Assembly: GCF_006345805.1 (NCBI RefSeq)
Contig: NC_043004.1
Coordinates: forward strand, 103,354,001 to 103,418,000
Reading direction: 5' to 3'
DNA from: Octopus sinensis
Taxonomy: Eukaryota
Length of the DNA: 64,000 bases
The stretch's first letter is position 1; every line of letters begins with the position of its first letter. This document shows positions 37,096 through 50,381 of this stretch, piece after piece. The position numbers were made by a program, and so were the translations under genes. Below the pieces are notes generated by a model. The model was not told where the DNA came from. It saw only the letters and a list, made by a program, of their open reading frames with translations, and ran no database searches.

Positions 37096-38112
37096 TTTGT
37101 AACATATAAAAAGATTTTTAAAATATCCCATAGACAAAGCAGAGTGCTGTGGTGCTGAAGGTAAGCTCTCGGTAACCTGAGCCAACAGCTTTGTCTCAAT
37201 TGTTAGTAGCAGTTGTTCCATTTTACTGATGTTACCAATACTCTTTAGGCTAAGTTGCATGTCTTTTACACATGGAATTGAGTTTGGCACATTGCAAACT
37301 AACAAATTCTTTGTCATTTCCTCAAGTACTACAGCAATTATTTTAGCCATGAATGAATCCCTTTGGTCATGAATGACCATGGGATTGCACCTAGAAAGTT
37401 ACCCTCTGCATCACAAGTCCAGGCAAGGTTGTTTTATGGAAGACCAGCAGTTGGCCATGCATACCAGCCTCCCCTTTCTATGCCACCCATGTTTTCCAAG
37501 GGAAAAGCAAAGGCCAGTAAATCTTGGCACTAGTGACACCACAACTCATTTCTACAGATGAGTGAAGTGGAGCAATGTGAAATAAAGTGTTTTGCTCAAG
37601 AACAGAACACATAGCTTGGTTCGGGGATCAAACTCACTACCTCATGATTGAGAAACCGACACTCTACCCACTGAGCAATTTGCCTTCACAGGCTCAATAC
37701 AGTATCAATAATAGGATACCACAAGGTTGCTCCTTACTTAGCCTTCATGCTGGCAGACAGCTTACCATTCGGTTCATTCATTACTCACCCATCATGCTGG
37801 CTGTTAATGTTGGTTTCAATTTTTGGGGAGGGTATAAGTTGATTGCATCGACCCCATTGCTCAACTGGTACTTACTTTACCGATTCTGAAAGGATGAAAG
37901 GTAAAGTCTACCTCAGCTGAATTTTTGAACTCGGAATGTAAAGATGGGTGAAGTGATACTAAGCATTTTACCCAGCGTGCTAATGATTCTGCCAGCTCAC
38001 TGCCTTGTGCCAGCCAATAATCTTGATAGATTTAGCCTATATCACTATACTACCATCTTGCTCAGATGTTTGTTGTAAGTTTTTATGTATTTATTTATAT
38101 ATATAATTACAG

Positions 38113-38183
38113 AATCTAAATCCGAAGTGTATGATGCAGAAAACCCCATAGCCTTTGTTGCTGATACACAGTCACCCCTACAG
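38113..38183 (+). CDS. MDC1: MDC1 coding exon 10 (ESKSEVYDAENPIAFVADTQSPLQ)
   Basis: ttacag / gtgagt, phase 1 to 0. Confidence 0.83.
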
Positions 38184-38337
38184 GTGAGTCATTCAAATTT
38201 TGTTTGATTTAAAAAAAAAAATTCTTTTTAAAACATTTGTTTTACTATGCTGTTATAGTGGGTTGGTTACATCTGCAAATTTTAACTCACTCTTGCTACT
38301 TGGAATTGTATCATATTTAAGCTTCCTCATTGACTAT

Positions 38338-38706
38338 AGGCGCAGGAGTGGCTGTGTTGTAAGTAGCTTGCTTACCAACCACATGGTTCCAGGTTGAGTC
38401 CCACTGCATGGCACCTTGGGCAAGTGTCTTCTACTATAGCCTCTGGTCGACCAAAGCTTTGTGAGTGGATTTGGTAGATGGAAACTGAAAGAAGCCCGTC
38501 GTATATATGTATATATATATTTGTGTGTGTGTATGTTTGTCCCCCTAACATCGCTTATCAACTGATGCTGGTGTGTTTGCGTCCCCGTGACTTAGCGGTT
38601 TGGCAAAAGAGACTGATAGAATAAGTCCTGGGGTCGATTTGCTCGACTAAAGGCATTGCTCCAGTATGGCCGCAGTCACACGACTGAAACAAGTAAAAGA
38701 GAGTAA
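38338..38706 (+). mobile_element. SINE family A
   Basis: Same consensus. Confidence 0.85.
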
Positions 38707-39013
38707 AGGGAGAGACTCTTTTGTTGTGTAGCACTAGCTCCCCCCCTTGCATATGTACACATCATCATCCCTGATTAAAATGCCTATGACACTTAGGTGA
38801 TCTTTCAAAGGACTAACTGTGATTTGCAGATCCAGGGCACCAAATACGTTGAGCACCCATCAGAGCTCAACATAGTCACTTGACCCGCTAAAGATAACAG
38901 CCAATCCTCCATTAAATCATACTCTACAATCTTTGAAAGAAGGAACATATTCGATAGTGTACTCTTAGATACACAACTGGTGTTAAGCAAAAAGCACCCA
39001 ATACACTCTTTAA

Positions 39014-39234
39014 CCCTTTGGCATTTAAACCGGCCATATCCGGTCAAAATGTTCTCCCCTGTTTTATGTTCAAATTGGCCAGATCTGGCCTCTCACACCA
39101 GCCCTACTATATAATTCTAAAAAGGAATAGTTACTTCTTCAAAATCTCAAAGCCACAAGATAATGCAGGATTAATTTAAAACAAGGTGAATAGATAAGCA
39201 TTACTTTTGACCAAATAACGTGAATACTAAAGGG
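39014..39234. mobile_element. piggyBac-type MITE, same family, opposite orientation
   Basis: TTAA|CCCTTT...AAAGGG|TTAA. Confidence 0.78.
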
Positions 39235-39562
39235 TTAAAGTGGTTAGTGTTAGGAAGGGCATCCAGCCATAGAAACCCTAACCCGAACAGACAACGGAAC
39301 CTGGCATGGCTCCCAACCTTGCCAGCGCCTTTCAAGCAATCCAACCCATGCCAGCGTGGAAAATGGACATTAAATGATGATGATGTGGTCATGGCAGGAA
39401 TGCCTTTTATCATCGTAATGTTTGCTCAATCGGGGTTGAACTGGAGTTAAACAGCTAATGTGCAGAATGAGGTGAGCGTGACAGTGTGGGCATTTCCTTC
39501 ACTGTCCAAGCAATGCCTGTTGCTGGATGTGAACATGGCCAAGTAGTTAAAAAGTTTGCTTT

Positions 39563-39998
39563 CATCATCATCATCATCATCATCGTTTAACGTCCGTTTT
39601 CCGCGCTAGCGCGGTCTGGGAGGCCATGGGCTGCACCAGGCTCCAGTCTGATCTGGCATAGTTTCTACAGCTGGATACCCTTCCTAACGCCAACCACTCC
39701 GCAAGTGTAGTGGGTCCTTTTTACGTGCCACCTGCACAGGTGCCAGGGGGCTCCGGCATCGGCCACGATTGGTTGGAGCTTTTAACGTGCCACTGGTACG
39801 GAAGCCAGCCAAGGCGGCGCTGGCAACGGCCACTTTCGGATGGTGCTTTTTATGTGCCACCAGCACAGAAGCCAGTCAGGGCAGCGCTGGCATCAGCCAC
39901 ATTCGGATAGTGCTTTTTATGTGCTACTGGCACAGAAGCCAGTCGAGGCGGCGCTGGCAACGGCCACGTTCAGATGGTGCTTTTTATGTGCCACCGGC
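39563..39998 (-). mobile_element. RTE 3'UTR/tail copy with tandem subunits
   Basis: Same tail. Confidence 0.8.
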
Positions 39999-40216
39999 TT
40001 TACAGTCATGAATTCCCTGTTTCAATCTGACTGCATGTCATCTTGGACAAATGTATAAAACAGTCCTAAAACTAAACTAAAGTTGTTTACCAATCACTAG
40101 AGAAACTATACGTAAGACTAATAAATGTACATACAAACAAATGTATCTTGTGTTTTCTTTGATTATCTCACCTGATATCAGATAACTGATAGCTTTTCAA
40201 TATCTATATATTCTAG

Positions 40217-41501
40217 TCTCAGAAATCAAACCATATGCCTGAAGATTTGCCAAAGGAACCAAATAAACCCAAGCTAAACTCTTCCCGATCTTCTCCATCT
40301 CAAAGTGCTTGTGGCGATTCTGAGGGATTTAAACTGAAGTCTTCATCTGAAATACCTGTTAATACTAAACCAGAAGAGAAAGTAGATTATGATCTCTTTT
40401 TTATGTCCACCTATAAGAACGACATTGAAATATCTGATGAAGAATTGCCTCCTGCAAGTCAGTCACCCGTGAAAAAGCCAGTTACCAGCACAGCTCAAGG
40501 AACTCTTCCTGCAATATTACAGATGTCAGAGGCACCTGTAAACCAGGATGCAAATGAATCATTAAATTCTGCTAACAAATCACCTGAAAGCAAGCTATCA
40601 TCCACCATTAACAAGTCTACTGTATCTAGTCCTGTCATGGATACAGTTCCTGTGGGAAGTTTTCAAAAACTTGCATCGCCTGTAGATAAAACCGACAAGG
40701 CACCTTCTAACACAAGCACTCCTGTGAAAGAAACTGTGCCTCTGTCGAGCACGTTGATGGAGACTGTTGAAGTTGTGGAACATGTGGAATGTGTAAGTCC
40801 AAAAAAGCAACCACAAGTTGCTGAGCCATTGGAAACAGTAGCTATTGAAACATTCTCTAAAACATTGTGTGTTCAGGATGATGAAGCTGATACAAGTTCT
40901 CCAGCAAAAAATCACTCAACCATAACCAATCGAAATTTATCTTTGGTCAGCAGCCCCAAAGTTCATGCTTTGACTGAATGTAGTGAAAATTTCAGTTTAG
41001 ATGCAACACAGCCATATGCGTTAGACAGTAGCATTAGTTCACCAAATATTAAGAAGCTGTCAGCATCTACACCTAAAACTTCTGTTGGTGATAAAACACA
41101 GCCTTTACAGCAAAGCTGTGGTCTTGATATAGAGGTGGCAAATGACAGTGTTGGTGTTATGAAAGATAGTACTCCTGTGAAAACTAAACAATCTGAATCA
41201 CCTGTTGAAACTCCTAAAAGATCAAGAGCACATAGTATTTCCTCTGATGAAGAATCGGTAACTGATGAACCAAACATTAAAGACAAACCTATCTTGGAAG
41301 GTGATAGCAATGACCAACCAAAGGACCTTCAGGAAAACATCCCCAGTTCTGTTAATACATTGTCTGGGGACATTTTTGCCTCTAGTAAATCATCACAGAC
41401 TGCCTCATCTTCTACCCCTAATGTTACTGGGACAAAGTATTCTGGTGAATCAAACACAGCTTCATTAGAATCATTAGTTCCTGCTGTGGAAGAACAGACA
41501 G
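40217..41501 (+). CDS. MDC1: MDC1 coding exon 11, large S/T/P/E-rich disordered region
   Basis: In frame with ORF 40235-41584. ttctag / gtaagt, phase 0 to 1. Confidence 0.92.
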
Positions 41502-41525
41502 GTAAGTTTACATCAGTCGTAATTA

Positions 41526-42091
41526 TTGGGTTGTCTGAAAAGTTCGTGCCGATTTACAGTAGCTTACCTTTCGACTTATTTTAGAACGTGGTTGAGTCCA
41601 TAAAATAGGATTTGACTACACCTCCATTTAGAGCGCAGTTTAAGCTATCTTTTCGTGGAAGAAGGTTTATGTTCCTATAACCTGTGTTAATTCTGTAACC
41701 CTTTAAAATGGAAGATAAGAAAGTTCATTTTCAGCACTTGATGTTTTGGGAACCAGACAAAAATTGCTGCAGCTCGGCTGGGATGTGTTACCCCACCCTC
41801 CATATTCACCAGATATTGCTCCTTTGGATTTCCACTTATTCAGGTCTCTGCAGAATAATCTTAATGGTAAAAATTTCAATTCCTTGGATGACGTAAAAAG
41901 ATACCTTAATGAATTCTTTGCCATGAAACCACCTCAATTCTGAGAAGAGGGTATTTTCAAGTTAAAGGAAAGATGGAGACGCATTGTACAACAAAATGGT
42001 TCATATTTGGTTGATTAAAAATGTAATGGCAAGTATTTATTGACCTTTTTCTTTCCTTTAAAAATCAGCACGAACTTTCCCGACAACCCAA
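41526..42091 (+). mobile_element. Internally deleted mariner transposon
   Basis: Approx. 30-bp TIRs, TA flanks. N-terminus MEDKKVHF fused to C-terminus HPPYSPDIAP.DFHLF. Confidence 0.9.
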
Positions 42092-43856
42092 TAATTTACT
42101 ATTATGCAAGGACAGTAGTAGTAGTAGAAGTGGTGATAATCATGCCGTTCCTACTAAGAGTCAGAATTGGCACCTATTTTTTAAAGGGGTGCAGATGGAA
42201 TAAGTGGATGATGGCTTCATGGGGAGATAACTGGGGTACATTAGGCTGTCGCATTGAGCAAGTTGAACAACTGTGAAGAATCTCTTTGACTAACTTCTCT
42301 CCAACTGTACAGAACAAAAATGACTGGGTGTGAGGTCTGTCAGCAATATGGTTTCAGTCTTTGATCAAAACTATTTACATTATAACAAGCGCAAGTTTAG
42401 CTCCTGCTGGGTCATACTAATATATATATATATATATATCATCATCATCGTTTAACGTCCGCTTTCCATGCTAGCATGGGTTGGACGATTTTGACTGTAG
42501 GACTGTATCACAATCCTTGCTGGTGAAATTGTTATTCAAAAGGCCAGCTTTATCCTACACTGCATTACACTGATTCTTACCCAAAATTTTTAGTAAATGC
42601 ATTTGTGCCAAGATAAAGGCACATGGTTCCATTTGGTTAGTGGATTGCTCTCATGATTGTCATCATCATCATCATCATTTAACGTCCGTTTTCCATGCAT
42701 TGGACAGTTTGACTGGAGCTGGCCAGCTGAATTGCTGCTCAGGTTTTATGTCTGTTTTGAGCATGGTTTCTATGGCTAGGTGCCCTTCCTAATGCCAACC
42801 ACTTTGCAGAGTGTACTAGATGCTCTTACACAGCACTGGCATGGGTGCATTTAATTGGCACCAAAACAGGTGCTTTTTATGGTTGTAATTTTGATTCCCG
42901 GACCAGGTTCTTGAGCAAAACACTTCATTTCACATTGTTCCAGTCCAATCAGCTATAAGTGAGTTCCAGCAATAGCTGGAAAGTTCAAACTGTATTAGAT
43001 TTGTGCCTTGTTCAGTGAGGGACTGTTGTAATCTCAGTCACTTATATGACATGGAGACCGAGTTAAGCTCTGTCTTTGTTAGTCAAGGACGCATAAAAAA
43101 TTAACATGTTCCCATGGTATACTCAGCTGCTTTCTTTGCTGTATTCAGTTCAGTTGATCAAATAACTGGAATACATAACAAAAACCAGTAATGGATTCAT
43201 ACAAACTCAACTGAGCAAGATATAGTGTAAGAGAACAAATACGTAAAATATGAGGTTGATAAATCAAATAACTTAGTTGTTATGGTAACAGCATGTCAAA
43301 AATGTAACACTTCTATCATCATTGTTTAATGTTTTCCATATTAGCATGCATTGGATAGACATTAAATGATGATGGATAGTTTGGCAGGGGCTCATAAGCC
43401 AGCGGGCTGTGCCAACATCTGTCTGCTTTGGCATGATTTCTTTAGTCAGATGTCCTTCCTAATGCCAACTTTACGGTGTTCTGGGTGCTTTTTTATGTAG
43501 AATTGGTACAAATGAGGTCACCTAGTAATTTGCAAGACTGTGTGGGGTGTAGCATTGAGGGAGGTGGCTTTATACGAGGGAATGGGAGGTTGAAGTATGA
43601 TAAAAGGGTAGAAATGGGTATCTTGCTGTAGAGGAGATATATAGCTACCCCAGCTGGAAAAGGAGAGAAGAATCATGAAGAGGTGTCAGGATGTACTCTT
43701 AGATTGCAAGAATGGTCCTGAGGATTGGACAGGGTGCACAACTAAGGTCAAGAGAGTAGGAAAGGAGAGTGATGGATAGATAAGGATAGAGGTGAATGCT
43801 GTGGATGATGAATGTAAATTCTAAATACAAATAAGTTTACTATTTATTTATTGCAG

Positions 43857-43888
43857 ATTTAGAGACCAAGGCATCAGAAAAATCTAAT
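43857..43888 (+). CDS. MDC1: MDC1 coding exon 12, 32-nt microexon (DLETKASEKSN)
   Basis: ttgcag / gtaagt. Supplies the phase 1 to 0 change required between exons 11 and 13. Confidence 0.82.
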
Positions 43889-44217
43889 GTAAGTTACTTT
43901 GATTCTTCATTATTACATACATCATCATTATTGTATCTTTTATCTTTTACTTGCTGGGGCACTGTCTTGAAGAGTTTATTCAAAGAAATTGACAAATTGT
44001 CCCCTCAGTATATATTCTATCAGTCTCTTTTGCCAAACCACTAAGTTATGGGGATATAAAGAAACCAACATTGATTGTAAAGCAGTGGGTGAACACACAC
44101 ACACACACACGATGAGCTTCCACACAGCTTCTGTCCACTGAATTCAATGGTCATCCTGGGGCTAGAATTGAAGGCACTTGCCCAAAGTGTCCTATAATGG
44201 GACTGAATATGAAACAA

Positions 44218-44458
44218 CATTTTATTGTTTCTTATTTCTTTATTGCCCACAGGGGGTTAAACATAGAGGGACAAACAAGGACAGACAAAAGGATTAAGTC
44301 GATTAGATCGACCCCAGTGCGTAACTGGTACTTAATTTATCGACCCCGAAAGGATGAAAGGCAAAATCGACCTCGGTAGGATTTGAACTCAGAATGTAGC
44401 AACAGACGAAATATCGCTAAGCATTTTGCCCAGCGTGCTAACGTTTCTGCCAGCTCGC
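44218..44458 (-). mobile_element. SINE family B, full length
   Basis: Reverse complement of 16679-16905. Confidence 0.85.
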
Positions 44459-44719
44459 CTACTTACAACATTTTTTTTGTTTGGACATGAATAAGGCAAG
44501 TCTTCACCAACACAACAATCTTGTTGCTAACTTCTAGCAGATCAAGCAGTCATGTAAAGGAGGCCTTCCTCTGTTAAGTCTAAGTATTCTTGCTTGCTAT
44601 GTTGTCTTAGATATATTCTGCTCAAACAAGACTATGATGAAAAGCATTCCAGTTGTGACCATCCAGTTGTTTTGTGCCTCAGGAACTATGTATTAATATT
44701 TAAGATGGTAAATAAATAT

Positions 44720-45272
44720 TGATTTCAAATGTTGGCACATGGTCAACGATTTAAGGAGAGAGGGTAAGTCGATTACATTGACCCCAAAACACAACCAGTT
44801 CTTATTTTATTGACCCTGAAATGATGAACGGTAAAGTCAACCTCAGAGGAACTTGAACTCAGAGTATGAAAATGGACAAAATGTCACTAAGAATTTTGCC
44901 TGGTGTGCTAATGATTCTGCCAGCTTGCTGCCAAAGGTAATAAATATTAACAACATGGTTCCTGAAGTGCAAAAAAAAAAAAACCAACTGGATTGTCACA
45001 AGTGGATCACTTTTTTTTCTTTTTTTGCAACTTGGGAAATATGTCTGTCATTAATATTCAAGATGGTATAAGCAGTGAGCCAACAGAATTGTTAGCATGC
45101 CAGACAAAATGCTTGGCAGCGCTTCATCTGCCTTTACATTCTGAGTTCAAATGCTACTAGAGTCATCTTTGCCTTTCATCTTTTTGAGGTCAGTAAAGTA
45201 AGTACCAGCTGAACACTGGGGGCGATATAATTGACTTATCCCCTCCCTCAAAATTTCTAGCTTTGTGCCAAA
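44720..45272. mobile_element. Two diverged SINE-B copies in opposite orientation (44720-44932 -, 45062-45272 +)
   Basis: Core motif on both strands. Confidence 0.7.
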
Positions 45273-45540
45273 GTATTTAGGATGGTAGAGTGTAATTTGT
45301 CTGTTATTTTCAGAAAGCTGTGCAATTTTGTGAGATACTTCCTGAAGCTATTTGGTTGCCAATGACATGCACACACTCTCTCACTCTCTCTCTCTCTCCC
45401 TCTCACACTGCCTTTCACATACACACTCTCTCACTCTGCCTCTCTCTCTCTTCCTTCTGTTTAATGTGATTGAAGGAATATGTTTGTTCGTTACTTCAAT
45501 GAGATAGTTGCTGTTTGGAGCAGTTATTTTCAGTTAAACA

Positions 45541-45825
45541 TCATCATCATCATCAGCGTTTAACGTCCGTTCTCCATGCTAGCATGGGTTGGACGGTTCG
45601 ACCGGGAATCTGGGAAGCCAGAGGCTGCACCAGGCTCCAGTCTTATCTGGCAATGTTTCTACAGCTGGATGCCCTTCCTAACACCAACCACTCCGTGAGT
45701 GTAGTGGGTGCTTTTTACGTGCCACCTGCACAGGTGCCAGGCGAGGCTGGCAACGGCCACGGTCGGATTGGTGCATTTTACGTGCCACTGGCACAGAAGC
45801 CATTTTATGTGCCACCGGCACGGAA
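45541..45825 (-). mobile_element. RTE 3'UTR/tail copy
   Basis: Same tail. Confidence 0.82.
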
Positions 45826-46266
45826 ACATAAACATATGAAAACATTAAAAATCATTATTATTATTATTATTATTAAGCTGTGGATTGGCCAGATTATTAC
45901 AGCAATAGACAAAATGCATTGCAGTATTTGACTATGACCCGTTATGTTCACAGTTCAAATCCACTGAAGGTGGATTTATTTTTCCTCTTCCCAGGGTCAA
46001 TTACAATCAACTGCTTCTTCTCCCAGATTTCTGACCTTCTATCTTATGTTAGAAACTTTAATTTTTGTGCCATCAAAGACTGGGATTTGGAATTTGCTTG
46101 TGTCAAATTCCTGTAATATTCATTAATACTCTTCCAAGTCTTTCAGGTCTGAGACGTTTTGGCAGAGTTGTGTTGGCATTGCTGATTCAATGCCAACTTA
46201 CTCAATATTGAATGTTTTAATGTTTCTTTTGTTCTCTTTTTTTCTGTCTGTCTATGTCTCTCCACT

Positions 46267-46535
46267 CTATCTATCTATCTATCTATCTATCTACCTATCT
46301 ATCTACCTATCTATCTATCTGTATATCTATCTATCTATCTACCTATCTATCTATCTGTATATCTATCTATCTATCTACCTATCTATCTATCTGTATATCT
46401 ATCTATCTATCTACCTATCTATCTATCTATATCTATCTATCTATATCTATCTATCTATCTATCTATCTATATATCTATCTATCTACCTATCTATCTGTAT
46501 ATCTATCTATCTATCTATCTACCTATCTATCTGTC
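46267..46535. repeat. Long (CTAT)n microsatellite with periodic variants
   Basis: Direct reading. Confidence 0.95.
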
Positions 46536-46875
46536 TGTCCGTCGGTCTATGTGTGTATGTGTGCAAGCATCTAGTAATGTTTGTATCTATGTGTATAATG
46601 TCTCTCATTCTCTCTCTCCCTCTTGCTTGCTCTCTTTTTACATATTGTGTCTATTTCTGCATGCATGTGTGTGCGTTTGCCTCCAATGCCAAATCATACT
46701 TTTGCCCAAAAGTGATTGAATGTCCAGTCAGTCTCACCAGATCATCAGCATTGAAATAGATGCACCTAATTCTCTCATTCTGATGTCTTCCTTTAACTCC
46801 AGATACCTTTTTGGGGTAAAAAGCAGTGTTTTTTTCTTAATGTCAGAATATGAAGATGTTGCATGTGAGAGGTTT

Positions 46876-47200
46876 CATCATCATCATCATTTAGCATCCG
46901 TTTTCCATGCTAGCATGGGTTGGACGGTTCAACTGGGGTCTGTGAAGCCAGAAGGCTGCATCAGGCCCAGTCTGATCTGGCAGTGTTTCTATGGCTGGAT
47001 GCCCTTCCTAACGCCAACCACTCCGTGAGTGTAGTGGGTGCTTTTTACGTGCCACCCGCACAGGTGCCAGACGGAGCTGGCAAACGGCCACGGACGGATG
47101 GTGCTTTTTACGTGCCACCGGCATGGGCCAGGCGAGGCTGGCAACGGCCACGATCGGATGGTGCTTTTACATGCCACCGGCACAGGGGCCAGGCGAGGTT
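46876..47200 (-). mobile_element. RTE 3'UTR/tail copy
   Basis: Closely matches 23960-24290. Confidence 0.85.
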
Positions 47201-47332
47201 TATATTTTTTATTTCCCGTATGTAAATGGCTCATCATTATCATAATTAGGATATTGTGATTTTTAACAAGACTTGTCTCAAATATGACCTTCATCACTGA
47301 ATTGTCTTTGCATATCATTAATCTCTCTTCAG

Positions 47333-48925
47333 GAATCTCAGGTGACAGTTGTCAGTACGAGCAAAGCTGCTGAGGAGGAACTTGCTGTTGGATTAGAAGA
47401 TAATGAAACCATTTATGACATTGAGGAAGATATTATTAAGAGATCTAAAAGACTTAAAAAGGATGATACTCCCACTCCAGCCTCACAAGAGGGCAAAAGA
47501 CTTCCTAGAAATACTAGAAAAAGTACTAAATCTACCGATACACCCTCAGAACTTGTAGAAATTCCAGAAGTACAAAGTAGTGGAAAACGGTCACTGAGAA
47601 ATCATCCAGAAAGTATTGATTCCCATTCTAAGGATAAGAAATCAAAAGTCAGGAAATCTATCAGATTTGATCTTCCTGATGAGGAAGACAGTTCAGAGGA
47701 GGAGAATTATTCAGTCAGGAGCGTGAAACGGTCATCAAATAGATCTAAGAAAAGTTCTGCAGATATAAAAGATGTCAAAGCTAATAAAAAGTTGTCTAAA
47801 GGCTCGGATTCGAAATTGGCAGATGTAAAGAATGAAGAATGTTCTGAAGACAGCAAAATGGAAGTGAAATCAAAAACTGGGAGAGGAAGAAGAACGAAAA
47901 TGGTTAAAAGTGCGATTGAGAGTGAAATGGAGGCTGATGAGGATTTTGTAGAAAAGAAAAGTTTAAGAACTAAAGAAATAACTGTTGAAGAGACTGAGAA
48001 TATTTCTCTAGAGGTGAAAGAAGAGAATATTGGTGACATATCAGTGTTGTCTGAAAATGCAGATGATTCTAGAAAAAGTGGGAGAGGTTTGAGAGGAAAA
48101 TCTAAGCAGAATAAAGAGAAAACACAGGAAGAAATAAGTGATTCTTTAAATACAAGTAAAACAAATCAGCATGTCGATACCGTGAGTGAAGATTCTAAAG
48201 TCACTCGTAAAAGTGGGAGAGCATCACGGAGTAAATCCGTGAAAGAGGAGAAAGAACCACCAGATGGAAGTGCATTGGAGACGAGCAACAATAATACTCC
48301 GAGTAGCAGAGGGAGGAGTACTCGAGGTGCAAAGAAAGAAGTTGCTGAAGTGAAAAGTAAAAAGGGTGGAAGAGTATCTTCGAAGAAGTCTTTAGATTCA
48401 AATAAACAAATTGAGGAGGAACCTTGCCAGAAAAGTTCCAGTGAAGAAACCAAAAGTGTAAATCAGAAAGAAGACATGGAAGTAGATGAAGAGGATGACT
48501 CGAAGACCAAATCAAATATTGAAGAAGAAAACACAGAAGAAAAGAAAAATTCTCAAAGTCGGACTCCAAGAAACAAGAGAAAAAAATCTGAGGAAGATGG
48601 AGATAGTAAAACCTCTGGAAAGAACTCTAAGAAAAAGAAAATAGCTTCCAATGAAGAAACAGAATCGTCTCAAAATAGTTCCTGTTCTTTAAAACAAGAA
48701 AATGTTTCTGCTTCAAAAGATCATGCTGAGAATTTGAATCTGAGTTCAGATGTGTCAGCTGATACCACCACACCCTCGAAAACTACCCCAGCAAAGAGAA
48801 CTCTCTCTAAAAGACAGTTAAGTCATTTGCAGGATACGAAAGAGGAGACTTCTGAAATACAAGAAATGAAGACACCCGCTAAAAGGAGGGACAATGAAAG
48901 AACTGCTAGTCAATCAAATAATGAG
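47333..48925 (+). CDS. MDC1: MDC1 coding exon 13, large K/E/S/R-rich region
   Basis: In frame with ORF 47342-49033. cttcag / gtttgt, 531 codons. Confidence 0.92.
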
Positions 48926-49139
48926 GTTTGTGCTGATTTTTGTTTTTATATAATGTATTTGACTATATTAAAGACACGTAGGCTTGTTAAATGCAACACA
49001 TATTCAGGGGGAAAAAGTTTTTTAGTGCTTTAAAGCATAAGGGAAGCCCAACTAGGACCTAGAGTAATTGTTTTGAGATTCGGGGGGTCTTATATGTCAT
49101 AAAGTACAGTGCCTTGACTCTTTGTCTTTTTCAACACAG

Positions 49140-49187
49140 GATGATGATGATGATTCTCTTGAGTTAATGAAGCAGTTTCTTAGTGTG
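49140..49187 (+). CDS. MDC1: Candidate extra or cassette MDC1 exon (DDDDDSLELMKQFLSV)
   Basis: Strong pyrimidine tract plus acacag, GTG|GTAAAC donor, 48 nt, phase 0-0, open. Not required by the model. Confidence 0.45.
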
Positions 49188-50258
49188 GTAAACGCCACTT
49201 TTAAATTTCCTCTCAAATCACATCTTTTGATTACAGATAGCAGACGACATTAACGTACACTGTCTGTTACAAAAAGATGGTCTGGTCACAGCTAAAATGC
49301 CTTTGATCATAAGTATCCTGGAAATGGACTTACTTGGGGTTAAACAACAACAGCTATTGAGTATTCTGTGTCTATCACTTCGTCTAATGTAGCAAATTGT
49401 GTACCACTTATCTCATCTGTCACATGACTTCTTGTTATATAATACCAGGCTAATATTACAGACAACAGTTTAGTTTCCATTCATAGTCCATGACATTCAC
49501 ATCTTAAACAATTCAGACATATTTAAAGTTCTATGATTGGATAGAACTGTAAATAGAACACATCAAAGAAGGGAAATCACTACCCATAAACTTTCGGATC
49601 CTCAGTTTTCCTTAAAATGGAAACTCTGCTAGGAATGCTTACAACAGAGTGAACTCTACTAAAGACACCCAAGAACAGAAACGGTCCCTGCATCAGGCTT
49701 TCACTCTGCTACTTTCTATCAAGTGTGTGAGATAATAGTTTCAGTATTAATAGTGAAAATATCTGACATTACAATAGAGATGTTATTGTTTCGCTTTTGA
49801 TACATAATAATGAAATAATGGAAGGGATAAGAGATTGGTCTGGGCTTGCATTAGTCAAGAAGTTGAAAATTTTTTTGGCTCATGACACTATATGGACCCA
49901 AAGTAAAGCCTGTGTAAAATTTGAATGAAGTCAGTTGTATAGTTCTCTAGTTTTAGGGATTCACACACAGACAGATAGACATTCTCATCTTTATATATAT
50001 AGATGTTATAAAACATAAGGGAGAAGGATTGGCAGAATTGGTAGTGTGTCAGGCGCAATCCCTTGTGATATTCAGTTGCATCCCTTTATCTTCTGTGTTT
50101 GGTGAATCCTGCTGGGATTCATCAACCCTTTCATACTTCTAGGTTCAATAAATAAGTACCTGTAGAGAACTGGGATTAATATGATTGATCATAGCCCTCC
50201 CCTACCATTATTCGTGGGCTTTTGCTTGCACCAGATTCACTATTTTCTTTATTTTCAG

Positions 50259-50381
50259 AGTAGTAACATGGCCACTCCTAAGCATCTCAAGTCCAACCAG
50301 TTTATATCTCCCAGGAGAAGCAATGGACAATTAAAGCCCAATGTCATGTTTACTGGTTTGACAGATGATAAGGGTCAAAGG
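50259..50381 (+). CDS. MDC1: MDC1 coding exon 14, BRCT1 start (KPNVMFTGLTDDKGQR)
   Basis: tttcag / gtaagt, phase 0-0. Confidence 0.93.

Larger units (their letters stand above)
34266..38112 (+). other. GC-AG intron
   Basis: G|GCAAGT donor. Read-through reaches a stop about 105 nt downstream. Phase matches exon 10. Confidence 0.78.

Noticed and set aside
46190-46759. 189-aa YLSI-repeat ORF and similar YI/CV/HT ORFs in the track
   Set aside because: Translations of microsatellites or SINE bodies.
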